This document shows positions 1 to 12,800 of a stretch of 64,000 nucleotides of DNA, piece by piece. The stretch comes from Tubulanus polymorphus (taxonomy: Eukaryota > Animalia > Nemertea), in NCBI RefSeq assembly GCF_964204645.1, contig NC_134035.1:12060451-12124450 (forward strand), in the 5' to 3' direction. Both the position numbers and the translations under genes were made by a program. The first letter of the stretch is position 1, and every line of letters starts with the position of its first letter. The notes below the pieces were generated by a model. The model was given only the letters and a program-made list of their open reading frames with translations, did not search any database and was not told where the DNA came from.

Positions 1-2550
1 CGTTTATATGGTTTTTTCTTCCTTGTATCTTGTAGTTTTGATTGCGAGGGAGATGATGCGGTCGAAGAGCTCTTCGACGACAGTGGAGACGTTGTTTTCT
101 TACCGCGACGGTTCTCTTCCGGTATAATCAGTTTATATTTCTCACCGTACTCTCTTAGACATTTCCTCGCGTCGTTTTCTGTCCAATACCGAATGAAGAC
201 ATAACTGAAAACAAATTTCTTCGTGATCGTTTGCAAATTTTTCAAGCAAACATCCATCCATTTTCCTCCTATTTTCACATCAATATGATCCCTGATGGCC
301 ACTCTCCGTATCGTACTTACCGTGAAGAATTGCCTATTTCTGCCACCTTACCCACTTTTGAAAATATTGCCATAATCTCCTAAAAAAAAAGTAGCAAATA
401 TAAGTAGAACACTTTGAATCTCAAACTGTATTTTGTCAAATGCAGTACAGACTCTTCGATACGGTAACAAAAGCTCAGCACTTCAGTAATTTAAGCAACT
501 TAATAATGTTAGCGAAAATTGTTCTTAGTAGAAAAGTTTTATCATCGAATCCGATAGATTTGATTACTGGTAGGCCTAGATGACTCATATCACAGTAGGC
601 CCTAAGACGACGACAATTTTCAGAAACAACAGATTTATTTGTTCTTATGATTGTGGCTTTTACATCGACACCAAATATTTAAGACTGCTTTTTGTTGTCT
701 CTCAACTTCATACGACGGTTCTTACAGTCAGTGAATCGAAACTCCCCAATTATGCCCTGACCATTGGCTAAAAATTCCCGTATCAGATTACAAGATATCT
801 TCAGTGTGGACTGAGATTCCTTGTGTCACTTGTCACCAGCAAAAACATCAACACACCAAAATTACAAATTCCCTGATTTTCAAGAAAAGTCAGAACTGCC
901 TAATTTTCCCATAATCCCCTGATTTTTTCCTGATCTGTAAGACCCCTGCCTTTTGGCAGTACTCTATCTATTGTTGCATAGATACCTGTTCATTGTTTGG
1001 ACCTTTGTCTTTACTGTATCCAATGGCATACATGCCTTTACAATTAGTGGGAATTCTTTCTGAAAAGCGACAAAATCGGTTAGTTAACTTGAAAACCGAT
1101 GGACTCCAAAAGCTGTAGAAAGGAAATAACCAAATAATATATACTATACTAGGAATCAAATTTCCATATTTCCACATTTTCATATTTTTCATAAGCTTTT
1201 TAAAGAAATGAATATTCCCTGACTTTTCCCATCTTCACCCGTCAGGGGATTCGAACCCACTACGCTAAAGCTGTTCCCCGAACCCCTTGACCTCACGAGT
1301 CGTTGGAGTTGTTACTAGCCGACCAGAATCCGGTCGTACCAATCACAGCGCTCGTAACAAACGACAGTAGACTTCTGTTGGTTTTCCCGTTAAATGGACC
1401 AATCAGCGACCGTTTTACCGAACAAGGGAGTATTTCACAAATCGATATATGACGTCATGCGCAACAGCGCCAGTAATGAAATCACGCTTCGTGAGGCCAG
1501 GTGGCTGGTGGAAGCGAGTTTGGGAGTGATACCCGACCCCTGGCAAGCGAGGATGGACCGTTTTAACTGATATCATTACTCATACTAAAGTAGATATTAC
1601 CATTGGCATACTTGTCTGGAATCAATTCTCCTTGTTCTTGTTGCGGTGAACGAGGAGTTTTCTTGGCATACTTGTCTGGAATCAATTCTCCTTGTTCTTG
1701 TTGCGGTGAACGAGGAGTTTTCCCTTCAGCTTTCTTCGCAGCCGGTGACATGTACGTATTGTCAGCTCCGATACCGAAGAATCGATGTTGCAGCAACGTT
1801 TCGTCATATTCGACCCTGTTGTTTTTAGAAGAAATAAACGTTTTTCAAACAAACTGAATTCTAACTGAATTTCTGACCGATAGTTTTTAGCGTCGTAATT
1901 AAGTAGATATCGATCTGAAGCCGTTGAAGATCATTCACTAAATCTTTCTATTTTTCAAAATGAACTCCAAAACACCAGACATCAGATACACACTTTCAAA
2001 AACTGATCGTCCGCACTTGATGATACGTGTTCGGGACTTCACCTATTTAGTTGGAAATATGCTAATAAAATGTAGAATGTCTGGTGTTTGTTGTGCGTTT
2101 TCAACAAAAACAGGCCTCAGGTGAAATCCTAAACGCATGTAAAGTGTGGACGATCAGTTTTTGAAAGTGTGCTGAAGATTGATACCAGCATAGCCTTTGC
2201 AAATGAATACTATATTAACTGATAATTCGAAACCATCGACCAAATATCTACAGTATTTGAGTTTATTTTATTGTTTACCTCACACAATCCGGGATAGCTC
2301 GCATGAAAGCCAGTAAACTAGCGTAACCGAGTTGTTTCCATTGTAAAGCTGATTGAACTAAATTTCTAAAATCTTTTGCGAACTGATTCTCGAGGACTCC
2401 ACCGATTTTTGACAATAGAACGCCTCTGACCGCCGTTTTCAATTGATCGCCGATCGGTTGAGGTCTGCGAGGCCCGTTCTTCCGAGGCCCGTTCTTCGTC
2501 GTCGTCGTCACGCCTTTTCTGTTTTTTTGGTAACGCGTATTTTGAGACAT
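1..2550 (-). CDS. LOTUS (OST-HTH) plus RRM-like domain protein, multi-exon, 3' end outside the window; candidate germ-granule/piRNA-pathway protein
   Basis: Minus-strand exons 2550-2279, 1815-1672 (or -1612), 1112-986, 379-321 and 204-(104 or window edge) have GT-AG sites and consistent phases. Translation ...LKTAVRGVLLSKIGGVLENQFAKDFRNLVQSALQWKQLGYASLLAFMRAIPDCVRVEYD... fits the LOTUS pattern (LGY.SL..F...IPD.V). Later ...EQEIMAIFSKVGKVAEIGNSSRYVFIRYWTENDARKCL... fits an RRM (helix, FSK.G.V, RNP1-like YVFIRY). Orthology not determined. Confidence 0.8.
1229..1557. mobile_element. MITE-like intronic insertion with imperfect terminal inverted repeats
   Basis: Left end CCATCTTCACCCGTCAGGGG versus right end CCCCTGGCAAGCGAGGATGG. 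Related end fragments at ~30697 and ~42402. Confidence 0.45.
1603..1722. repeat. Perfect 2 x 60 bp tandem duplication spanning the exon-2 donor of the LOTUS gene
   Basis: ttggcatacttgtctggaatcaattctccttgttcttgttgcggtgaacgaggagttttc occurs twice, at 1603-1662 and 1663-1722. Confidence 0.95.
1989..2171. mobile_element. MITE-like inverted-repeat element
   Basis: CACACTTTCAAAAACTGATCGTCC ... GGACGATCAGTTTTTGAAAGTGTG. A related partial copy lies at ~12195-12310. Confidence 0.55.
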
Positions 2551-2997
2551 TTCGTTAAAATTCACGTAGATAATGATTTAAAACTGGTAAACTCCGATTT
2601 AAAATCTACAAAAATCAATTTAAATATCATTTTGAACATGTGATTATCGGGTATCCTACTTAATGCAGTATAGCACTCCATAATGCTGGGGCAGTGAACT
2701 ATATTCAAAAGCTCTACAGGACTTGGACTAGGGGCTGAGAGGAGCTTGCCCCTGGCCAATCAATGTAACCAACCAGCTCATAGTCATACGTACACAACAT
2801 TGTAACTAAATTTAACTTTAAACTGACACTGAATTTGACAGATCAGTCCATTAATGAGTGCAGCCGCTTAGTAAATCTACTGACACTTACAAAATATCAT
2901 CATACTTCTTAATCTTAAGTTAAAATACTTACAGTTTACAAAAAGATTAAAATAAGAAGGTAAGGGTTTTAAGAGATTTCCCGAATTTCTTACAAAA

Positions 2998-3011
2998 GCG
3001 CCACCTAGTGG
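2998..3011 (-). promoter_or_regulatory. CTCF-consensus site
   Basis: gcgccacctagtgg is the reverse complement of CCACTAGGTGGCGC, which matches the canonical CTCF core. It lies ~450 bp upstream of the LOTUS gene ATG. Confidence 0.5.
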
Positions 3012-3553
3012 GAGATTAAATATGAACGCTAAATCGAGGATATGGTCTATATTTATGGTACATCATGGTTCTCCTGAGCTGATAGAGACCGGTAACGGTT
3101 GGTTAAACCAGTGACTTTTTTAATTCAAGGGAAGGTGCAAATTCCCTGTGATTAGTTTCAGGAGCACTTGGTTTATGTTTGCTGAGATATCATGTCAAAG
3201 TCCGTAAAGCAGAAACAAATAAAGTCAGATACGTCACTGTTACGTCATGGAATCCTCAACCTCTGAGAGATCTGAAATATTCCGGACCTACGGAAGTCAG
3301 CAACTAGACTGGTTACCGGTCTCTATCTTCGAATGGGACAGGCAACCAGTCTATATATACCGTGGCAATCTCGATGCCATCAGGTTCGAATCCCTCCCTG
3401 GGGGAAGATGGGCAGAAATCCTCTACCTTTCAACTTCTAGTGAAGAGCTCGTGGTGATTTCAGCGTCTAAATCCAACAAACGATACATCAACCAGATTCA
3501 TCAAATGAACTTATTCTGAGCTTAGCAGAGCAAAATTTGCAGGTCAGGGGCGA

Positions 3554-3640
3554 CTGGCAGGGTCGGGCTATGGGTGATTTACTGGTAGGGTCGGACTATG
3601 GGGTGATTAACTGGAAGGTCGGGATCATGGGTGATTTACT
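3554..3640. repeat. Short degenerate tandem repeat (~28 bp x 3)
   Basis: Units resembling ctggcagggtcgggctatgggtgattta. Confidence 0.6.
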
Positions 3641-3887
3641 GCTGAATAGAGGATGTACAGGGGTGTCCCGGGTTTGAAACCTAGTAATTACTGACACTGA
3701 TTCAGAGTGGTCCTGATGCTGAATAGAGGATGTACAGGGTTGTTCCGGGTTCGAACCCAGTAATTACTGATACTGATTCAGAGTGGTCCAGATGCTGAAT
3801 AGAGAATGTACAGGGGTGTCCCGGGTTTGAAACCCAGTAATTACTGACACTGATTCAGAGTGGTCCAGATGCTGAATCAAGGATGTA
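3641..3887 (+). repeat. Tandem repeat of ~76-77 bp x 3.2 with tRNA-like A/B boxes
   Basis: Unit gctgaatagaggatgtacaggggtgtcccgggtttgaaacc(c/t)agtaattactgacactgattcagagtggtcc(t/a)gat. Copy 2 has a full B box GGTTCGAACCC; AGAGTGGTCC resembles a D-arm A box. Confidence 0.8.
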
Positions 3888-4964
3888 CCGCGGATTAGCG
3901 GATTTTTCATACACTAATATAAATTGTCTCTGGCAACCAAGAGTCTACTGCCAGAGTCAGTTCGTGTTAGTTTATGCAAATCCAAGCATAGTGAATCTTG
4001 AGAATTGGCAGAACATAGCATCACAACCACTGATTGGTGAACTAATTAAGTTCAGAGTAGCTAATTAACTAAACAAACAAAGAGTTTCTAACAATTATAT
4101 TTACTCTCATACAACAATTATACGAAATGCCAGGTGTGCTCGAGGAATTATAACTTAAGTTCCTCAAACACGTGGACTGTATTTCAAAAACAGTCCAACC
4201 ATGGACGTATAAACTATAAACTAGAGTTTATAAGTCCATGGTCCAAGCATAGACTCTAAAAGAGAAATGTCTATAGCACACAACCATGGACTCTAAACTG
4301 TGAGAGTGTGCATGGCTCCCCGCACAAAAACCAGAGATAAACCTGGCCGAATACCCTGGAAAGCGTAAGATTTAATGAATCGTTTACCTGGCCGGCCGCC
4401 TATCTACCTTAGACCTTATATTACCAAGACCTTCATGATCTTAGACCTTCATGATCAAGCTAACCATAACAGACGCGGCAGATAGAAATTAGCTGATTAC
4501 AAATTTCATTGATTTTGAGTTTTCTCGATGTTATTTACGACGTCTTTTCCTTACGTAAAAATTACGTCAATTTCTAGACGTCCTCTAGAATAGGGACCGT
4601 ATTTCATTACAGAAGCTTTAGCCGTTTCAACCTTATCGCATGCCTGTACCTCGTGATGACAAAAAAGAAACGATTTATAGTTTCATTAGCAATCAGCCAC
4701 AATTATTGAACTCATCCAAATTTGAAGACGATTTGACAAAATAACTGGATTCTATCCATGGACGAATAAATGACGACACGCAAAAGGTGAATGCCAATAG
4801 CCCGCTGGGGCTAAACTCCCAAGTGAGCTAAAAAATCCCACACTCCTTTGGTTGAATCAAAATCATGTTAAAAAAAAACAATTTGCATTTTGTTTAATTT
4901 CGATTATCATTCATCAATCATTATTTATAAATATGATGAAATGAATAAGTCAGTTTTCACGCTA

Positions 4965-5110
4965 GTGATGTCCTTACTCCTCAACCCTCCTTTGCGATCA
5001 GGGGCATACTTTAATACGGAAGCTATCGCTGCCCTAGCTTCGACTACGGTTGCATGTCTGTATCGCTTTTGTTGTTCTCCGGCAACTAGTACTTGCTGTT
5101 TTGGTCTTGA
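4965..5110 (-). pseudogene. Fragment resembling the C-terminus of transposon-associated DUF4806-like proteins
   Basis: Translation ...HATVVEARAAIASVLKYAPDRKGG recalls the L..APDR.GG ending of that family. Recognition only; no complete gene context. Confidence 0.35.
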
Positions 5111-6159
5111 GCAAAGAAGAAATAAGTTTTTGTTCAACTTCTTGTAACCTTTTAGATACTGATTCTCTCTATAAATCTTGGCCATAAACACCAATAACTG
5201 TGTGTACGTATTTTTCTGGGCTTGATTTTCTTCTTTTTCACCACCCCCAAACATCTGTAGCCATCATCGAAAAGACGTAATCTCATCGACAAACCGATCG
5301 ATCATGATTAATGAAGTCCGATTGAATTGTAGTGTTTGGCGATGTATGAGAAGGAGGACAATTATCTAATCTACATGTACTTGTAAAGTTAATTTTGTTC
5401 TCATTTCTGATACCTTGTTCGTTAGTTCCTTTAAAGCTCAACGACCAGATTTTTTGTGTTTCTTCATTATATCCATATAGTGCCTGTAAATGGGATCCGA
5501 TCGTTTGAATTTATGTTTACTACCAAGTAGATGCTTATCAACACGTGGTGGGTTAACCACTAAATGTAAATTTTTTTGTTGATCGCACCATTCATATTTT
5601 GGTTTAATGTCAACTGATAGTTCTCAGTCGTTTGCTAACGATATTTGAAACGTGGTCTACTGTATGCATCATGGGATCAAATGAGAGCTATCAAACTGCG
5701 GTGTACTGGTCGTGGCACAATGGGTGAGAGCGTCACGATACTTGGGTGAAGGTGTCAACCTCACTTTTCGAGTAATAGAGTCAGATTCAAGAAATCATAA
5801 ACATTTCAAATCACAGCTACTTGCACCAGTTCAAAGTTGAAAAAACAGTTACGTCTCTAATCAGTTATGTTACTTATTTATTATCTATTAATAATGCTTT
5901 TTACTTTGAAACAATCAACATTGTACAAGAAATATTATTTTACATATATGAAAATAACCCGACAAAAAATTTACTCTGAAGTCTGTCAATTTACAATGGC
6001 TTAGCCAAATAAATGCTGGAAAAATTTATTTTCGTCGGTAACAGCCACGAACATAATCATAACACCTTTTTTCAAGTTTATCGGAAAATAAACATACTTC
6101 TGCATTCAAAAAGATATCTCATATGGCTCTTCATGGGCATTGTTCTTTCTGGACTACAA

Positions 6160-6520
6160 ATCGTAACCCACAGTTTATCAGCGCATTTTGGGCATATATC
6201 TCCGTGTTGTTTTATTAACCTTTCACATATGCACGTATCACAAATCCCTCGGTAACATCAATGTCGATAAACAAGGTAACACAAGTCGTCATCAGAAGAA
6301 ATAACGGAATATTTAGAAAATATTTAAAATATCGAAACCGCATTTATGATTTGCCTTTACCACCGATTATCCATTGGGCATCTCGACAAAAGGGGCACGA
6401 GCGTTTGTGCACGCCATGCGGTTTTGCAAGAGTTGCAAAGTCGTTTGTTGCAACATGAATCTGATGACGATGTTAAATTTTCGCCTTTCTTCTCGCACAA
6501 AAGGTCACACATTCTCCAAT
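6160..6520 (-). pseudogene. Degenerate tandem RING-finger-like coding relic
   Basis: Minus strand reads MCDLLCEKKGENLTSSSDSCCNKRLCNSCKTAWRAQT, then a frameshift, then SCPFCRD. A second module reads *CYRGICDTCICERLIN, frameshift, HGDICPKCAD. Confidence 0.45.
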
Positions 6521-6873
6521 CATTTCTGATTCGCTGCTAAACGGATTTGATCTCGGTTTTTTATCAAACATATAGCACTGAAACCTCGCCAATATCTGAT
6601 ATCGAATTCCTAGAACAAATTACTACAGATCGGGTGCAGTGTGGACACAAAGTACACGACATCTTGGGGCAGCGGTGCCGAACACTTTTGGGAGCGAATT
6701 AATACAGATCCAGAGCGGCCTCTGTGCCCCGGCCCGCCCGCTGTCCCCTTCGATACTAAACAGTCTAATGAAGGAAGCGGTAACCAGTCTTGTTGGCCTA
6801 CGGACTGTTCTCGTGAAACGTTTGATATGGTGCGGTAATAAACTGATCATGTGACCCACCCCGATTAGACAAG

Positions 6874-9800
6874 ATGGTCGACGTGCAGGTAGTGGTTGTT
6901 TTCTTTTAGTAGTTTTTCGTTTTTCGGTTTTATCTGTTTAGACATTGTTTTTTTTTCAATTGAAACTCATTAATTCTAATTCAACTATGGTTATCTCTCG
7001 ACCTGTCGCTATCTACCTATCGATTGTTTTTGATAAGAAGAACTGTCACTGTCAGTGTCAGTCCCGTCCGTCCAGTCCAGTCCAGTCTTGGTACTGACAA
7101 TAATGACAGTTGTGTTGGTTTTGTGACAGTCGTCAGTGACAGCACACAGGGCCTGACACAAAGATTTTGTTTACCCCACCATCCTTATCCTAGGTCCTAA
7201 TTAAAAAAAAACATATTTAGTCCATGTTTTAACCCGACCAGCCCTATGAACCGAGACGAACCGAGATGAAATGAAATATAGCATATTTATTTATTCCTTA
7301 TTTATTCCCCATTTAGAAAATACAGTTCTTTTTTAACTTTAAAAAAACTTTTAGCCTTTTTTAAAAAAGGATGTTCACCACTTTTTTTTTAATTTGGCCT
7401 TAGGGCCTATATAGTTAACTCTATTTTTTGTACTATTTTTTTCTTACAGGCTCAGTGTTTTTATGACTTTGAAGGCAATGCGCCGGACGGTGAACTCACT
7501 ATTTACAGCGGAGAAATTCTCACCATCGTCAATCAGGTAATTTGAGTGAATTTCATCGACCAGGTTTTAGTGTCGGGCGCGGTGACCCCCTAAATCGATT
7601 TGAGACCGAAGCCTTTTTCTGAAACTGGACCGGAAAACTACCACATTCACGATCCGGACCTTTCAATAATCTCGCTTACCCCGGTATGTTTTTTTTTTTC
7701 AGAATATTGGTGATGGTTGGTGGGAAGCCCGGAATGCCTCCGGGCAAACTGGATTAGTTCCTGAGGCATATCTTCAGGTAAGAAAAACGCAAAATTACAT
7801 CTCTAAGCGGGCGATGAATTAGTTTTTTAGGTTGATAAGTATGTTCCGGGAAAAGATATTACCTGGATTATGCGCTTTAAATTCATCGAGAATCAAATGA
7901 AATTGACAGGTTTAAGACGTTGTTTTTTTAAGGTACTCTCAGCGCCGGAGCCGGCAATGGCCCCACCTTCCGCTCCTCTCACCGCAGTTACTAACCATCA
8001 GGAATCTTACAACACGCAGTATCAGCAGCAGCAGCAGCAGCCAGTAGCTGCATCCCAAGAACCGTATGATGATTGGGATGATGACTGGGATGATGATGAA
8101 AGTACTATTCCCGATGTAAGTTTGATATTCTACTCGTCAATTGTTCCTCAATTATTAAGAAATTCTACCCAACAAATTTAAGATACAGTTCCTTATTATT
8201 ATTACAAGCTGAACAGTGTCTGGGTTCAGTTGCACTGGCATGACTTAGGCCTACATAAAGATCAATCTTAACCCATCTTCGATCTATAGCCTGTCTAACA
8301 ACCTCAAACCAGTCATGAGATTTAAGATCATTTTTGGACTTAAGTCACGATTATGCAACCAGGTTCTGGTGATTTCGATGATCGAATCTGAATGTAATTT
8401 TGAATTATTTCGCCGCAGTCCAATGAATTCGATTCAAACAATAGAAACCGTTTCAACGTAAGAATTCGTGTCGTAGTTTTTTTTTCTGCTTCTACTAAGT
8501 TTTTCGAATTTTGTGCAGTGTATTTTAGAATCTGCTTCGTAGTAACGATTGCGTCATTTTTTTTTCGATACTGTTTTCAGTGTTTGCGTGTTGCTCTAAT
8601 CACTGCTTCTCAATTCTGTTGATTCGCGTAGAGACTGGCACTGTTTACTTCACACCATTACCTATTCAAAGTTACACCCGTAGTGAGATGTAAATCTAAT
8701 GAGTAAAAATTCAGTAGTCCTTCGATCCCTGTATCCAGTTCCTCAGCTCTTGAAGTTAGTTTCATTAGTGAATGATTTATTTCAAGATTTGATTCCTAAC
8801 CAAAAATTGATGACTTAGTGTTAAAGTGTTTACTCCAACAGGAGTTGTTAAGTGTTTACCCTTAGAAATAATCATCAGAAAAGATTAGTAGAAAAGATTA
8901 TCATTTGCTTCTTTTTGAAATCGAATGTACATCTTTTTAGTGATGGATTTCTGTTGATTTCGGTTTCAGGATTCGTCCAGCCACACGGGGCACCCAGCCG
9001 GAGATCGTCAGAGTAAATTTGGTGGAACCGTCAGAAAAGGAATCAGCAGCAGGTAAGAAGACTAAGAGATTGTTTGTTTCTTGCTTTTGACAAGTGACTA
9101 TGAATCTACTAAGAACCTCTTTAGTAGAATAGAAATCTGTTTCGTAGTGAAAATTGTATGAATCAGTGTCATTCATTAAGTATGTGGTATGTACTATACA
9201 AAATTTTGCTGATTTTAAACCCGTTCCTATACATGATGTAACGAGTATAACGGAGTCCCCACGACTCCTTCAGTACTTCTAAACAGAAAATGCTAAAAGG
9301 TGCTTGAAACTCCTTTAATTTGAGCTAAATGCCTGAAATTCCTTCAATTTGAGAAATAGGCTATTAGATCTAGACAACTAGTTTAGGTATAGTCATACAG
9401 TAAACTATGCCTTAATTGGGACCCGGATTTTTTGCCCTATTAGACAGTTATTGAGTTAGAAAACGCATTTAGGTAGTGTTAAGGTAAAAGTATGCTTACA
9501 AAACCACCGAAAGAGAAAAACAGTACCGATTTAGGATGAGTCTACTGTATTTGGGATATATGAAAGTTATGCAGACGCTTCCTGGAAATTTGTCTCCTTT
9601 AACACTCCTGATATCCTGGAATGATTGATCTGTTGGGATTGTGTATGAGGTGAAGTGGTCCTGAAGTGTTACCCTCTCCCCACGGATGCCATATATCCAC
9701 ATACAGTAGATTCCTCGTAACTTCCAAAATTGTTCCAATTCAATATTCTTAACTCGATAAGCACAAATCTTAAAAACTATTGCAACAGAATCTGAATTAG

Positions 9801-12800
9801 ATTCCATTGTCTATAACTTGAATCATCGCCTCATATAGGCCTAAGTCTGTACGATCACTGATCCGGATTGATTCAAGTTACGAGGAGTCTACTGTACTTC
9901 ATGAATGGTCGTTCATCCTATCAATGATTAGACTGAGAGAGATTTTAATGTTTCAGCGTTGCCGTAGCACCGGTGCCTAGTACTGGTGCTCTTTCATCGT
10001 CATGGTGGTATGTCATCAGTGATATATAAAGAATACTATTCAATATTCTCTTATTGCATGTGCGGATCGATGTTCATTTTAATCAAGTGAAACATTTCTA
10101 GCTTTTTTCGCGCTTGTTTTTATAGTTCAGGGGTCTGTTTTATGATAATCTGGCATTATCGTGAACCCCAGAGAGGTCAGTTCTATAGACTGGTCTTAAC
10201 TTCAACTCGAGGCTCGAAAATTAGCCCCCAGGTTATTGGTAATACCAATCTATTAAACCCGCGTTTTGACTTATTTCATAGACCGGGTATCAATGGTGTA
10301 AATCCTCGACGTGGGTGACAACCATCAATTAGAAACCATGGCTATAACTCATAAATTTCAGAATGTTCCCGGGGATTATTTCATCCACACATCTATGAAA
10401 CTCAACACTGGGTTTAAGTGGATACCGGTCTATAAAATTGACCCTAGGGTTTTTTCGGCGAGCTCGTGACTTCAAAGATTGTAGCAGTACTTTTCTGTTG
10501 AATTGCATCTCGGCTTCAATCTCTAACTTTGCGCAGTACCGTGGTATATGTTAACTTCGAGCCCGGAGCAGGATATTTGCTCTCATCAGGACAAGTGTTT
10601 TTCCTGTTACTCGTGAATTGCAGGATGTGGTGGTTTTAAAAAAATCAAGGTCTTTGTTGCTCTAACGTGTTCTGATCGACAGTAAATATTGAAACCACCA
10701 GATTTCAACTATATACGACATATATAGGAAATAGGACAATATATTTAACAGGAAAACTGCTGGTTTATTCGATATAGTGGTATGGATGAACCCTGAATTA
10801 ACCCTTTCAGTGCATCTACACCGCAGTGCGGTGTATAAATCAGTGATAGATTTTGCTAGTACACCGCACTGCGGTGTATTGATGTAATTAGTAATTAGTA
10901 ATTATCTCTCTTGAAAAATGGCAGCACCTGTCAAACATAGTGAAATACTAGTAACTAACGATACACCGCGCCGCGGTGTAGACGCACTGTAGTGGTATTC
11001 CCGTTGTTCAACACACTAGGGTGGAATTTTAGAAGCACTCTCCAGCACTATAGGGTATTAATTAGTCAGCACTGAAAGGGTTAAGTTGGTCTGTCGGTCA
11101 GACACATGGAATTAAGTCTCAGTGTGATGACGTTTTTTTTCAATATGGAAGACGTGAGATAAGCACTTGTGCACTGGGTTGCATGAAAATCAGATACACT
11201 TTGGGTTCGGGATACGCATTGTGGCTGAATGACTGTAGATAGAGTAGCTCAAAAATGACATCAACGTGACTATAGTGAACTGATATAAATCTCATTGAAG
11301 AATTAAAGAATAGTTTCTCTGATGATGAGGTTTACAAGTAACCCCGAAACTGTTAGAAAATAAACTTTTCTACATATCTACTGTGGGTTTTTATTCACTG
11401 ACATTAACTTAATAGACTCCATTTCACTTAGTTCTGGCTTGTGTCCAATGCCAGCGATGAAATCCTTCATCGATTCCCAAATTTGCTTTATAATTTTAAA
11501 ACAATTCCCAATTCAAATAGTAGAACAGAATCTACTGGTAAAGACTCATTCACAGCACCAGAGATTTGTTGAATTCATATAAGTTATATATTTTTTTCAT
11601 ACGCTTTTCAGGTTTTCTACGTTTGCTAAAAGTGGTGGTGAGGCGTATTTGTTGGGAGAAGCCACTGGAACACCGAACGATTTACAAAAAGTTACAGTGG
11701 TTGTAAGTGAGGATAATCCAGGGTCCAGCTTCATGAAAAAGTTAAACTCGAATTTTTGGTGTAGTTGCTATTGGTTACTTCATGTTTTCAGTGAGGACAA
11801 CAATTCAAACTTAATAAAAGTGATTTCAGCCTAAAGTTTTTCATGACATCGGAACCAGATCAAATAATTTCAAAATTTCATCTGAAAGAATTGATTGTAT
11901 ACCGATCAAACCGGTTGTACATGGAAATATTGAGAAATTGATGTATGTAGTCTCTGTTTTGTAGGACACTCAATACGGCCCGGTGTGGAGACCTAATGAT
12001 AACCCTTACACGTGCATTATAGCTTCACCGAAAAAAGAAAGTAAATTTCATGGCATGAAAAGTTTTATTGCGTATCAGTTAACTCCTTCGGTAAGTGTTA
12101 CATCTTTATAGTGTTGAAGCAAGTAAGGAATCTGTGTTGATAAAATGTGTAGTGAAGCACTGAACACAAAAATGTGAAAGTGTTTGAAAGTTTTCAGTTT
12201 TTGAAAGTGTGCTGATAAGATATCTAATGTCTGGTGTTTGTTGTTCATTATCAATTAAAATGTCTCAGGTGAAGCTCTGAACTCATGTTAAGTGTGGATG
12301 ATCAGAAATTGGAAGAATGATGATAAATCTAATGTTATTATTATCATTATTGTCTTTATTTCCTGTAAATTATAACAAGATGTCTGAGGGGTTTAGGGGT
12401 ACAGGCAGACTGGACCATGGGTTCTTGCTTCATACTGTCACCTGCATATGATTGAAACCTCTATTTTGTCAATTGTTTATTGTAGTTTAGTAATATCCAA
12501 GTGAGTCGACGTTACAAACATTTCGACTGGTTGTATAAAGTGATGATCGAGAAGTTTCCGTGCGTTTCGATTCCTCCGTTGCCCGATAAACAAGTGTCGG
12601 GCCGTTACGAGGAGGATTTCATTTCGGAGCGCATGAAGTTTTTACAGTATTGGATTAATCGTATGTCTCGTCATCCAGTCGTTTCTCAATGCGATGTCCT
12701 TATGCATTTTCTCTCGTGCACCGATGAAAAGGTTTGTAGTTAAACCATCTAAAGTTTCCTACCTAGTAAACCTTGTAAAGATCCCACCTAGTCCTAGTAA

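Noticed and set aside
3247-3519. 90-aa ORF containing GGTTCGAATCCC
   Set aside because: It matches a SINE-like B-box repeat also seen near 27115-27170; it is neither a full tRNA nor a credible protein.
10545-10600. CTGATGA-GAGC..GCTC-GAAG on the minus strand as a hammerhead
   Set aside because: It lacks the GAAA core and a supporting stem I.
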